Virus record (IMG/VR): IMGVR_UViG_3300027804_000072
Coordinates: 1 to 63,157 of that record
From: a virus
Taxonomy: Duplodnaviria; Caudoviricetes
Length of the DNA: 63,157 nt
Strand: one strand, 5' to 3'
A program made the translations under genes and the position numbers. This document shows positions 18,109-25,440 of this stretch, piece by piece (within the stretch, counting starts at the first letter, position 1; each line of letters starts with the position of its first letter). Under the pieces are notes generated by a model. That model did not search any database. It saw only the letters and a program-made list of their open reading frames with translations, and was not told where the DNA came from.

Positions 18109-18288
18109 TCAGGAGACCCGGTCGAAGCGACGATCCGCCTCGGCGGTGGCGAGCAGGTACAGCGCCTCGCGCAGCTCGCGATCGCCGTCGCCCTCGCGCT
18201 CGATCATGAGCACGAGCTCCTCGAGCGACACGCTCCGCACGTACTCGCGGAACTGGTCCATCAGGTCTTCGATCACTCCGACGTTCAT
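18109..18288 (-). CDS. hypothetical cassette protein
   Basis: MNVGVIEDL after SD. Confidence 0.6.
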   Translation of the reverse strand: MNVGVIEDLMDQFREYVRSVSLEELVLMIEREGDGDRELREALYLLATAEADRRFDRVS

Positions 18289-18388
18289 TTTGTGTCCTTT
18301 CGTTTTGTTGGTAAGATCATTATAACATCTTTAGATTCGACCAAAGCCGCTGCCAGCCGGCGCCTGCGCGCCAGCCGGCGAGCGACTG

Positions 18389-18628
18389 TCAGACGAAGAG
18401 GTCCTCGAGATCGTACATGTCTCGGTCGACGCCCCAATAATGGACCGCAAACGCCTCGAGCTCGCTCTCGTCCAGCATCACCGACGCCAGCGGCCAGCCA
18501 CCGGCCGGCCCTTGCGCCCGCTCGATGCGCACCCATGCCGAGGGCACGCTCTTGCTCAGCCGCTCCAGCGCGTCGGCGAGCTCCTCGTCGTCGTTCCAGC
18601 ACAGGTCCACGCTCAACTTCACAATCAT
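18389..18628 (-). CDS. cassette protein (paralog of 16002..16247)
   Basis: Shared GP.GGWP motif. Confidence 0.75.
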   Translation of the reverse strand: MIVKLSVDLCWNDDEELADALERLSKSVPSAWVRIERAQGPAGGWPLASVMLDESELEAFAVHYWGVDRDMYDLEDLFV

Positions 18629-18691
18629 GCTTTTTGTCCTTCCTTCGTTGGTAAGATCATTATAACATCTTTAGAATTGCAGCGCGGCAGA

Positions 18692-18904
18692 CTACCAAGG
18701 GCGCTCTGCGCCCTCGGAGTTCGCGTACCGCACCTCGGCGATGAATCCGCGCACGCGGACCAAGATCGCCCACGGGTTCCAGAGCCAGACGGCGCGGCGG
18801 ACGGCGCCCATGTGCTCGGCTTCCATGCGCTCGTAGCCGTTGGGTCGCCACGGGCTCCCGGCTCCCCACGCCTTCGCCTTCTTGATCTTCTGCTGAATGC
18901 TCAT
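18692..18904 (-). CDS. hypothetical cassette protein
   Basis: MSIQQK after SD. Confidence 0.65.
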   Translation of the reverse strand: MSIQQKIKKAKAWGAGSPWRPNGYERMEAEHMGAVRRAVWLWNPWAILVRVRGFIAEVRYANSEGAERPW

Positions 18905-19001
18905 CTGTGTCCTTTCGGTTGGTGGTAAGATCATTATAACTTCTTTAGAATGCTCCGGCTCCTCCGGCTCGGCCGGCAGACGCCGACCGAGCCAGAACCG
19001 A

Positions 19002-19232
19002 TCAGATTCCGTAGGGGAATCCGTAGGTCTCGAAGTAGTAGGTCTCCATCCACTTCAGAGCGCCGGCCTTGGTCTTCTTGGGGCAGCCCCAGTTCATCTC
19101 GCACGCCTTCACGAGGCTGTACCGAGCGGCCTTCATTCCGGTGTTCACCTCGAGGCGGAGCATCGAGATCGCGGAGGCGACTCGCCAGTGCTCGATTCCG
19201 TCGGGGGTGTCGATGATGATTGTTTGAGTCAT
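19002..19232 (-). CDS. hypothetical cassette protein
   Basis: MTQTII after SD. Confidence 0.7.
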   Translation of the reverse strand: MTQTIIIDTPDGIEHWRVASAISMLRLEVNTGMKAARYSLVKACEMNWGCPKKTKAGALKWMETYYFETYGFPYGI

Positions 19233-19303
19233 TGCTGTGTCCTTTCGTTTGGTTGATGAGATCATTATAACATCTTTAGAAAGCCGGCTAGGCCGACGAT
19301 CGG

Positions 19304-19612
19304 TCAGAGGAGAACCTCCTCGTCCTCGTCCTCCTCGTCTTCGTCGAGGCCTTCAGGGGCCTCGACACTGGGCCAGTAGACCACGATCCCCAGACCCATG
19401 CTATCGAAGCGCGGGCTGCTGAGCGCGAGGCTCAGATCGTTGTCGCCCCCGACGCACAGAGCGAAGCGGAACGCGTCGCTCATGCTGTCGAAGGTGATGC
19501 CGAGGCACTGCCTTCCGTACATGCCGCGACCGCTGTACGAATCGATCTCGGCGTTGTCGAAGTACCCGACGGCGTCCTCGAGCTCCCAGAGCTGTTCTTC
19601 GGTGAGTTTCAT
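19304..19612 (-). CDS. hypothetical cassette protein
   Basis: YSGRGMYGRQCLG...DSMGLG.VVYWP; resembles a recurrent phage protein family. Confidence 0.75.
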   Translation of the reverse strand: MKLTEEQLWELEDAVGYFDNAEIDSYSGRGMYGRQCLGITFDSMSDAFRFALCVGGDNDLSLALSSPRFDSMGLGIVVYWPSVEAPEGLDEDEEDEDEEVLL

Positions 19613-19657
19613 TGATGTGTCCTTTCGTTGTTTGCTGATGAGATCATTATAACTTCT

Positions 19658-19804
19658 TTAGAAGTCCACCTTGCCGCGACCGCGGCAGGCGTTCTTCCGA
19701 GCCAGCGCCTTCTTGTTCGGCATCGTCGTCGCTCGCAGGCGAGACGTCGCGAATGCGAACTTGTCGGCGTCGTTCCACTTTTGGGTGATCTTGTTCTTCG
19801 TCAT
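19658..19804 (-). CDS. leaderless basic peptide (paralog of 10132..10269)
   Basis: MTKNKITQKWNDADKFAFATSRLRATTMPNKKALARKNACRGRGKVDF; stop within repeat. Confidence 0.7.
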   Translation of the reverse strand: MTKNKITQKWNDADKFAFATSRLRATTMPNKKALARKNACRGRGKVDF

Positions 19805-19836
19805 GTAGTCATTATAACATCTTTAGAATAGCGAGG

Positions 19837-20001
19837 TCAGCAGTCGCTGTCCTCGTATTCGACGATCGCCTTCTCGATGAGATCGAACGCGGCCATCAGA
19901 TTGGCGAACCCGGGAGTGCTCTCGTCGAGATTGCGCAGAACCGCCTCGATCGACGCGGCCGCTCCATAGACCTGCGTCATGCGCTGTTCGGTCAAGTTCA
20001 T
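19837..20001 (-). CDS. hypothetical cassette peptide
   Basis: MNLTEQ after SD. Confidence 0.6.
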   Translation of the reverse strand: MNLTEQRMTQVYGAAASIEAVLRNLDESTPGFANLMAAFDLIEKAIVEYEDSDC

Positions 20002-20050
20002 TGTGTGTCCTTTCGTTGTTGGTTGACGAAGTCATTATAACTTCTTTAGA

Positions 20051-20135
20051 ATTGCTGGTTGCCCTGAGTCTATTCACCCGGGCCAGGCGTCCTCAGCTCA
20101 TCTTCGGCTGCTGCTCGACTCAAGCACGTCTTGTA
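20051..20135 (-). ncRNA. candidate small structured RNA cassette
   Basis: ORF-less unit below repeat 20141; TGAGTC/GACTCA closing stem with two inner hairpins. Confidence 0.4.
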
Positions 20136-20158
20136 GAAGCTATTGTATCTTCTTTAGA

Positions 20159-20311
20159 TCAGAGGTCGTCATCGTCATCATCGTCGACCTCTTCGTCTGA
20201 CTCGACGAGCCGATCGATTCGATCGTCGTCGTAGAGGCGATCGATCTCATACTGCTCCTTGTCGTCGATCTCGTAGTAGTCTGCCCACAGGCTGTCGTCG
20301 TCTTCCCACAT
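20159..20311 (-). CDS. extremely acidic peptide
   Basis: MWEDDDSLWADYYEIDD...DDDDDDL. Confidence 0.65.
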   Translation of the reverse strand: MWEDDDSLWADYYEIDDKEQYEIDRLYDDDRIDRLVESDEEVDDDDDDDL

Positions 20312-20431
20312 TGTCTTGGTCCTTTCGTTTTGCTGATAGTGCCATTGTAACATCTTTAGAAAGGCTGCCCGTCTGCAAGGCAAACCTTCCACCAGGCCGG
20401 ATCGCTCTCTTGAGCGACCCGGCCCGACGCA

Positions 20432-20773
20432 TCAGCGCTTGTAGAGGTAGCTTCCGTACGGATCCCACTTCGCCTTCAGCTCGGCGAAGCTCTCCTCGTC
20501 GAGGAGGTTGTACCGCTCGCCGTTCAGCGCCGGCGCCTTCCAGCTCGCGGCCTTGTAGACGCCACCCGTCTGGGCGTCGATGAAGCAGTGGACGTGTCTG
20601 TTCAGTCCGCAGGTGACGATGCGGATGTACTTGCGTCCGCCGTCCATCTCGAACGTCTCCGGCGTGAGTCCGGGGTGCCGCTCGGCGAGGAACGTCACGT
20701 TTCTCGCGTTGATGAACTCGATGAACTCGGCGATGGCTTCGAGCACCGCCACCTTGTTATCCTTGGTGATCAT
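20432..20773 (-). CDS. conserved phage hypothetical protein
   Basis: GRKYIRIV...VHCFID..TG.VYKAASWKAPA. Confidence 0.8.
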   Translation of the reverse strand: MITKDNKVAVLEAIAEFIEFINARNVTFLAERHPGLTPETFEMDGGRKYIRIVTCGLNRHVHCFIDAQTGGVYKAASWKAPALNGERYNLLDEESFAELKAKWDPYGSYLYKR

Positions 20774-20835
20774 TGTTGTGTCCTTTCGTTTGTGCCAGCG
20801 GTCGCTGACAAGATCATTATAACTTCTTTAGAAAG

Positions 20836-21132
20836 TCAGATCCCCTCGTTCACAAACTTGCGGTGGTGATCGATGTGTTCGCGAGATGAATGGGCGAATC
20901 CGAGTTCCCACCCGGAATACATGCACTCGAGAAGAAGAGCGCAACGCGTGAACGCCTCGGCAAGGGTGTCGAAGACCTCGGACCAATCATTGGCCACGTA
21001 GTCTGTCCACCAAAGTTCGACCTTGTCTCCCTCGTGGATGTATCGGATGATGATCTGGACGTCTTCGTACTTTGCGTTGAAGACCTCGAGTTCGGTAACG
21101 TACTTCAGTTCCATGTTGTGTCCTTTCGTCAT
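20836..21132 (-). CDS. hypothetical cassette protein (leaderless start plus in-frame SD start)
   Basis: MTKGHNMELK. Confidence 0.7.
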   Translation of the reverse strand: MTKGHNMELKYVTELEVFNAKYEDVQIIIRYIHEGDKVELWWTDYVANDWSEVFDTLAEAFTRCALLLECMYSGWELGFAHSSREHIDHHRKFVNEGI

Positions 21133-21155
21133 GTGTACATTATAACTTCTTTAGA

Positions 21156-21211
21156 AATGCCGGGCGCACCACAGTGTCGTTTGAGACGCGCTAGACGCGC
21201 TGTCCCCGGCA
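21156..21211 (-). ncRNA. candidate ~55-nt hairpin RNA cassette
   Basis: TGCCGGG...CCCGGCA closing stem between two repeats; no ORF. Confidence 0.35.
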
Positions 21212-21229
21212 GATCCAATTGTATCTTCT

Positions 21230-21463
21230 TTAGACTGTCGTCTGGGGTCGCACGTCGACCGAGTGGCCGATGAACCGATCGAGGATTCGCATGCGGGTGT
21301 CCGACGGAGTCTCGCCCTCGCGGCAGGGAATGAAGTAGTTGATGCAGTGTCCATTGACCCTGATCTCGAGGGTGATTCGGCTGCCCTCCCACTCAGTCAT
21401 CTCGATCTTGAAGTCGATGTCTCGTGAGGTATGGACGTTTGTGGTTGATGATGTGCTGTACAC
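21230..21463 (-). CDS. hypothetical cassette protein
   Basis: GTG start after SD; stop within repeat. Confidence 0.6.
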   Translation of the reverse strand: MYSTSSTTNVHTSRDIDFKIEMTEWEGSRITLEIRVNGHCINYFIPCREGETPSDTRMRILDRFIGHSVDVRPQTTV

Positions 21464-21555
21464 GTTTCGTGTCCTTTCGGTTGGTTGTATTGTCATTATA
21501 CATTGTTTAGAATCCGACCCGTCTGCTAAGCAGATGTCCTACCAGGCCGGACTTT

Positions 21556-21610
21556 GAAAAATGCGCGAGCGCCGGAAGAGAAAGGACATTATCTCCCGGC
21601 GCTCAAGCGC
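21556..21610 (-). terminator. intrinsic terminator with anti-SD loop
   Basis: 13-bp stem 21567-79/21592-604; minus-strand loop UAAUGUCCUUUC; U-tract follows. Confidence 0.7.
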
Positions 21611-21621
21611 TCATGTTCTCT

Positions 21622-22041
21622 TCACTTTGCAGCGGCGTTGAGTCTTTCGATCAACACCGTGGTGAAGAGAGTAGTTGCGCCGGTATCGACGTTGATACCG
21701 ACGATGGGATACTTACGACGCTTGGCAGCGATGCCACCGAACACGTAGGTCTCGCCACGAGACTCGAACGTCGTACCGAGCGGCGCCGTCAACGTGACAG
21801 GCTTCCCAGACACGACGTCACTGAACCCGAACTTGGTGTAGTACTGCGCCTCCTGGCTCTTGAGGTTGACGCCACCCGCGCCGAGTTCGACGGGGGACGA
21901 CTCGATCTTGAGTTGGTAGACGTCGCCGTACCCAGTTCTGCACGTCGGCTCTGCCATTCCGTGCTTCCTGAAGATGTCCTCGATCGCCGCCTTGATCTCA
22001 GCGGTGATCTCGGTTGCCTTGTCTCTTTCGACCGTTGCCAT
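21622..22041 (-). CDS. hypothetical cassette protein
   Basis: Repeat + SD + ORF. Confidence 0.8.
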   Translation of the reverse strand: MATVERDKATEITAEIKAAIEDIFRKHGMAEPTCRTGYGDVYQLKIESSPVELGAGGVNLKSQEAQYYTKFGFSDVVSGKPVTLTAPLGTTFESRGETYVFGGIAAKRRKYPIVGINVDTGATTLFTTVLIERLNAAAK

Positions 22042-22100
22042 TGCTTGTCCTTTCGTTTGGTTGTAAGTACATTATACTTTCTTTAGATTCCAGACCTGCG

Positions 22101-22616
22101 TTAGCAGATCTGGAACCCGCCGCACGACGAAAGAAACTTAGCGAACTCTCGCACGTTCTCTTCCGTGAACGGATAGTTGGCCTCCCACGAGGGAGACTTG
22201 CCATAGCCCTGGCAACCGTTGCACCATCCGTGGGCTCTGCCCACGACGATGGCGACGTCGTTGCCGAGCACCTTGTCAGGCATGTGCATGCCGACACCCA
22301 CCTCATCCGAGCGAATCCCGGTGGCGTTGCAGTACGCGCAGTCGTCCATCGGAATCGAGGCGATGCGCTCGTTGTACGCCTTCTCATACGCGGCGACCTC
22401 ACCCGAAGCGAGCTGATCGAAGAGCACGAGAGCGAGAGCCTCGGCGCCTTCAGCGTTCAGTCCTTCGCCATCGTTGTAGTGCCCATTGACGCCGGCGGTG
22501 AGCTCCGGTGCTGCTGCGCAGCAGAAGTCCCACAGTGGTCGCCAGTACCACACGTTGTTGCGGAAGTACTCCCCAGCCTCGTCGACCGGAGCGACTCCAT
22601 ACACGTCCATTCCCAT
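22101..22616 (-). CDS. hypothetical protein with CxxCxGxG-type zinc motifs
   Basis: CAYCNATG and CNGCQGYG. Confidence 0.75.
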   Translation of the reverse strand: MGMDVYGVAPVDEAGEYFRNNVWYWRPLWDFCCAAAPELTAGVNGHYNDGEGLNAEGAEALALVLFDQLASGEVAAYEKAYNERIASIPMDDCAYCNATGIRSDEVGVGMHMPDKVLGNDVAIVVGRAHGWCNGCQGYGKSPSWEANYPFTEENVREFAKFLSSCGGFQIC

Positions 22617-22806
22617 TGTTGTTTGTCCTTTCGTTTGGTTGTAAGTACATTATACTTTCTTTAGAAAGTCGCGGCCGCAAGACCACCCCTAGCCCAGGCA
22701 TCCCTGCCGCGTTGTTATACACGGTTTCGGCCGACGGGACTTATAGCGGTTCTGCCTAGCTTAGCCAGCGCCTCAAAGAGGCAACGTCTGGCACCGCGGA
22801 GCTCTC

Positions 22807-23199
22807 TTATCGATACGTCGTCGGCATCATCGAGCAGACGTGCTCGAACGTGAGCGTCACGAGCGGGCGCGAGAGCCTGTTGTGTCGAAGCTCGCCGTAG
22901 TTGTACACCTCGACGACTCGGTCGAGCCACGACACGATGAGCACGTCGTCGTAGTCCGGCATCGTCATCTCATCGAGGTCTGCGCTGAGACCAAAGCCGG
23001 TCTCGTTCGACCACTGGCTACCGACGATCGTCGAGACGGCGATGCGCGTCGCGTAGGTCGTATCGTCCCAGCGATTCTCCGCTGCCTCGATTGCTCGAGC
23101 GGCGTCGATGTATCGCTCCGATCCGCCCCAGTGCGCGTACAGGAAGACCGGCATGCTGTCCTTGCTCTTCTTGAAACCGATGATTGCTCTGTCACCCAT
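22807..23199 (-). CDS. conserved phage hypothetical protein
   Basis: MGDRAII...FLYAHWGG...RWDD..YATR. Confidence 0.8.
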   Translation of the reverse strand: MGDRAIIGFKKSKDSMPVFLYAHWGGSERYIDAARAIEAAENRWDDTTYATRIAVSTIVGSQWSNETGFGLSADLDEMTMPDYDDVLIVSWLDRVVEVYNYGELRHNRLSRPLVTLTFEHVCSMMPTTYR

Positions 23200-23243
23200 G
23201 ATGTTGTCCTTTCGTAGTTGGTGATAAGTACATTATACTTTCT

Positions 23244-23648
23244 TTAGATTGCTGCCGCGGCCGGAGCCCAGCCATCGGCCTCGCACAGGAGCAGCCCGGC
23301 AAGCCCTCCGAAGCCTGGCTCGGCTGTCAGCTGATCGCATTCATTGAGAACCTCGGACTCGAAGAGCGCGAGACCGTTCTCGCTGAATCGTCCTGCCGGC
23401 TTCTTCATGAACCGCGCGGCCGGAGATTCGAAGACGCTGAACATCGTCATGGTGTATCCTCGCGGATCCCTGCGTGCGGCGAGCTTGTAGACCGTCGCCG
23501 TGTAGCACTTCGCGTTCTTGACGTGCTCGATGACGAGGTCAATGCGGGTATTCCAGCCCGGGTCCTTCGCGTCTTCGATGGCGGGGCCATCCCACGAGTA
23601 GGTGACCTTTCGGTCGCGGGCGATGCGTGTTGCGTTCTTGGTGATCAT
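23244..23648 (-). CDS. hypothetical cassette protein
   Basis: Repeat + SD; stop within repeat. Confidence 0.75.
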   Translation of the reverse strand: MITKNATRIARDRKVTYSWDGPAIEDAKDPGWNTRIDLVIEHVKNAKCYTATVYKLAARRDPRGYTMTMFSVFESPAARFMKKPAGRFSENGLALFESEVLNECDQLTAEPGFGGLAGLLLCEADGWAPAAAAI

Positions 23649-23702
23649 TGATTGTCCTTTCGTTGTAGTTGTATGATCATTATACTTTCTCTAGAAACGA
23701 AG

Positions 23703-23735
23703 CTGCCCGGGTGGGAAACTCATCCACCCGGGCAG
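23703..23735 (-). terminator. GC-rich hairpin
   Basis: CTGCCCGGGTGG / CCACCCGGGCAG. Confidence 0.6.
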
Positions 23736-23741
23736 TCGATC

Positions 23742-23993
23742 TCAGACGAGCTCGAGTTCGCGCGAACGCAGCTCGGCTGCGTACACATCTCCGCGCCACG
23801 AGTTCGAGCCGAAGGCGATGTCGCCCTTGGCGAGCAGGTCGACGGACAGGACCGCGACGCACTCCGGATTACCGTCGAACACGATCGCGACCTTGACGTC
23901 TCCACAGTCGTGGTCGTCGATGAGATGCACGGTGAACGGGCAGCCCCAGATTCCGTTGCGATGGTGATCGCTGTTGATGATGTCGATGTTCAT
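23742..23993 (-). CDS. hypothetical cassette protein
   Basis: HHRNGI.G.PF...NSWRGD. Confidence 0.75.
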   Translation of the reverse strand: MNIDIINSDHHRNGIWGCPFTVHLIDDHDCGDVKVAIVFDGNPECVAVLSVDLLAKGDIAFGSNSWRGDVYAAELRSRELELV

Positions 23994-24052
23994 TGATTGT
24001 CCTTTCGTTGTGGTGAGATCATTATAACTTCTTTAGAAAGACTCAGTTCGCG

Positions 24053-24466
24053 CTACACGAGCGCGAACCGAGCCTCCTTCGTCTCGTCGACGCTGGGCGC
24101 GCCCTCGAGCGTCACCCAGACGTCGAAGTGGCGGAACACCTCGCCGGCGATCTCGATCGTCTGATGATTCAGGACGAACGCCGGCGAGCAACCGCAACTG
24201 CATCCGGCAGTCTGCGACCAAGGCATGGCCTCGAGATCGATGCCGAACCCGGCGAGGTTCTCGCGGATCGCCTTGCGCCACACCTTGAACGGCCGACGGC
24301 GACGATTCATCAGGTCCTCGACGCAGTCGAACTCGTTGCTTGCGTGGACGTACATGCGCGGCTTAGAGTGGTAGCCACGATTGTCGCGCCAATCGTATTG
24401 CCGCTCGATGACGGTGATCTTTCCGTCGGCGATCGGCGTCTCGATGCGCTTGCGTGTGTCTTTCAT
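24053..24466 (-). CDS. hypothetical cassette protein
   Basis: WSQTAGCSCGCSPAF. Confidence 0.75.
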   Translation of the reverse strand: MKDTRKRIETPIADGKITVIERQYDWRDNRGYHSKPRMYVHASNEFDCVEDLMNRRRRPFKVWRKAIRENLAGFGIDLEAMPWSQTAGCSCGCSPAFVLNHQTIEIAGEVFRHFDVWVTLEGAPSVDETKEARFALV

Positions 24467-24528
24467 TTGGTGTCCTTTCGTTGTGGTGGTGAGATCATTA
24501 TAACTTCTTTAGAAACCGCTACCCTGGG

Positions 24529-24702
24529 TCAGAGACCCAGGGCGGCGCGAAGGCGACGGGCGTCGTTCGGCGAGAGGCCGTCGACGAAGATGACGGCGGC
24601 CGCCATGTCCGCCACTGTCTCGTCCAGTGCCTCTCCGGAGTACTCCTCTTTGCACTGACTGATGATGTCTCGGGCGAGTCGTTTGATGTCGTTGTTGGTC
24701 AT
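24529..24702 (-). CDS. cassette protein (paralog of 17623..17808)
   Basis: DIISQCKEEY...DETVADM. Confidence 0.75.
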   Translation of the reverse strand: MTNNDIKRLARDIISQCKEEYSGEALDETVADMAAAVIFVDGLSPNDARRLRAALGL

Positions 24703-24750
24703 TGCGTGTCCTTTCGTTGGTGGTGAAGTCATTATAACTTCTTTAGAAAC

Positions 24751-25053
24751 TCAGACTGCGGCTCCATCGATCCGACGTGCATTGGCCGGCAGCGCGATCC
24801 CACGCTGAGTCATGCCGGCGATCTCCTCGTCGTCGAAGTACTCGGCGCCGTAGAAGTGGGAATGGCCAGCGGCGCATTCCCAGCCTTCGTCGGTGCGAGT
24901 GACATCGGCGCCACATTCGCTGATCAGATCGCTGGGCGAATCGGGGTACCACCCGAAGTCGGGGTCAGAGGCGTAGGCCTCGTCCACCCAGCGCGGGGTT
25001 CCGTGGATGAGCCACGTGCAGGCGTTCATTTGGTGTCCTTTCGTTGTTTCCAT
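24751..25053 (-). CDS. hypothetical Cys/His cassette protein
   Basis: Leaderless MET start plus internal SD start MNACT; ECG...WECAAGH. Confidence 0.7.
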   Translation of the reverse strand: METTKGHQMNACTWLIHGTPRWVDEAYASDPDFGWYPDSPSDLISECGADVTRTDEGWECAAGHSHFYGAEYFDDEEIAGMTQRGIALPANARRIDGAAV

Positions 25054-25124
25054 GAGTGCATTATAACGTCTTTAGAACGGTACCCGTCTGCTAGGAATCA
25101 ACTGCCTAGCAGGCCGGACATCGC

Positions 25125-25301
25125 TCAGGGACATCTATAGAAGTTCTGCCGCTTATGCTCGACGTAGGGGCGATGGCAACGGAAGCATCGATCGGCTTGC
25201 TGCTTACGAGTCAATCGCTCGTCACGCTCCTGCTGCACCTCGTCTTTGTTGTTGCGCCGCTTGCCAAGTTTGTAGGCAGCTATGATAGTTAGTAGTCCCA
25301 T
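25125..25301 (-). CDS. leaderless small protein
   Basis: MGLLTIIAAY...CFRC. Confidence 0.55.
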   Translation of the reverse strand: MGLLTIIAAYKLGKRRNNKDEVQQERDERLTRKQQADRCFRCHRPYVEHKRQNFYRCP

Positions 25302-25376
25302 GCAGTCATTATACATTCTTTAGAAAGGCATCCGTCTGCAACTCTGGTCTTCTACCAGGCCGGACTTGAGATTGGA

Positions 25377-25425
25377 GCCGGTCCGGGGCGCGGAAAGGAC
25401 AAGAATACGCTAACCCCGGACCGGC
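25377..25425 (-). terminator. hairpin with anti-SD loop
   Basis: GCCGGTCCGGGG / CCCCGGACCGGC; loop contains plus-strand GAAAGGACAA. Confidence 0.65.
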
Positions 25426-25440
25426 GAACCCAGGCCTCTC

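Noticed and set aside
20060-20110. Hammerhead ribozyme (CUGAGGA followed by a stem on the minus strand)
   Set aside because: The required GAAA after stem II is absent (reads G-AAUA)
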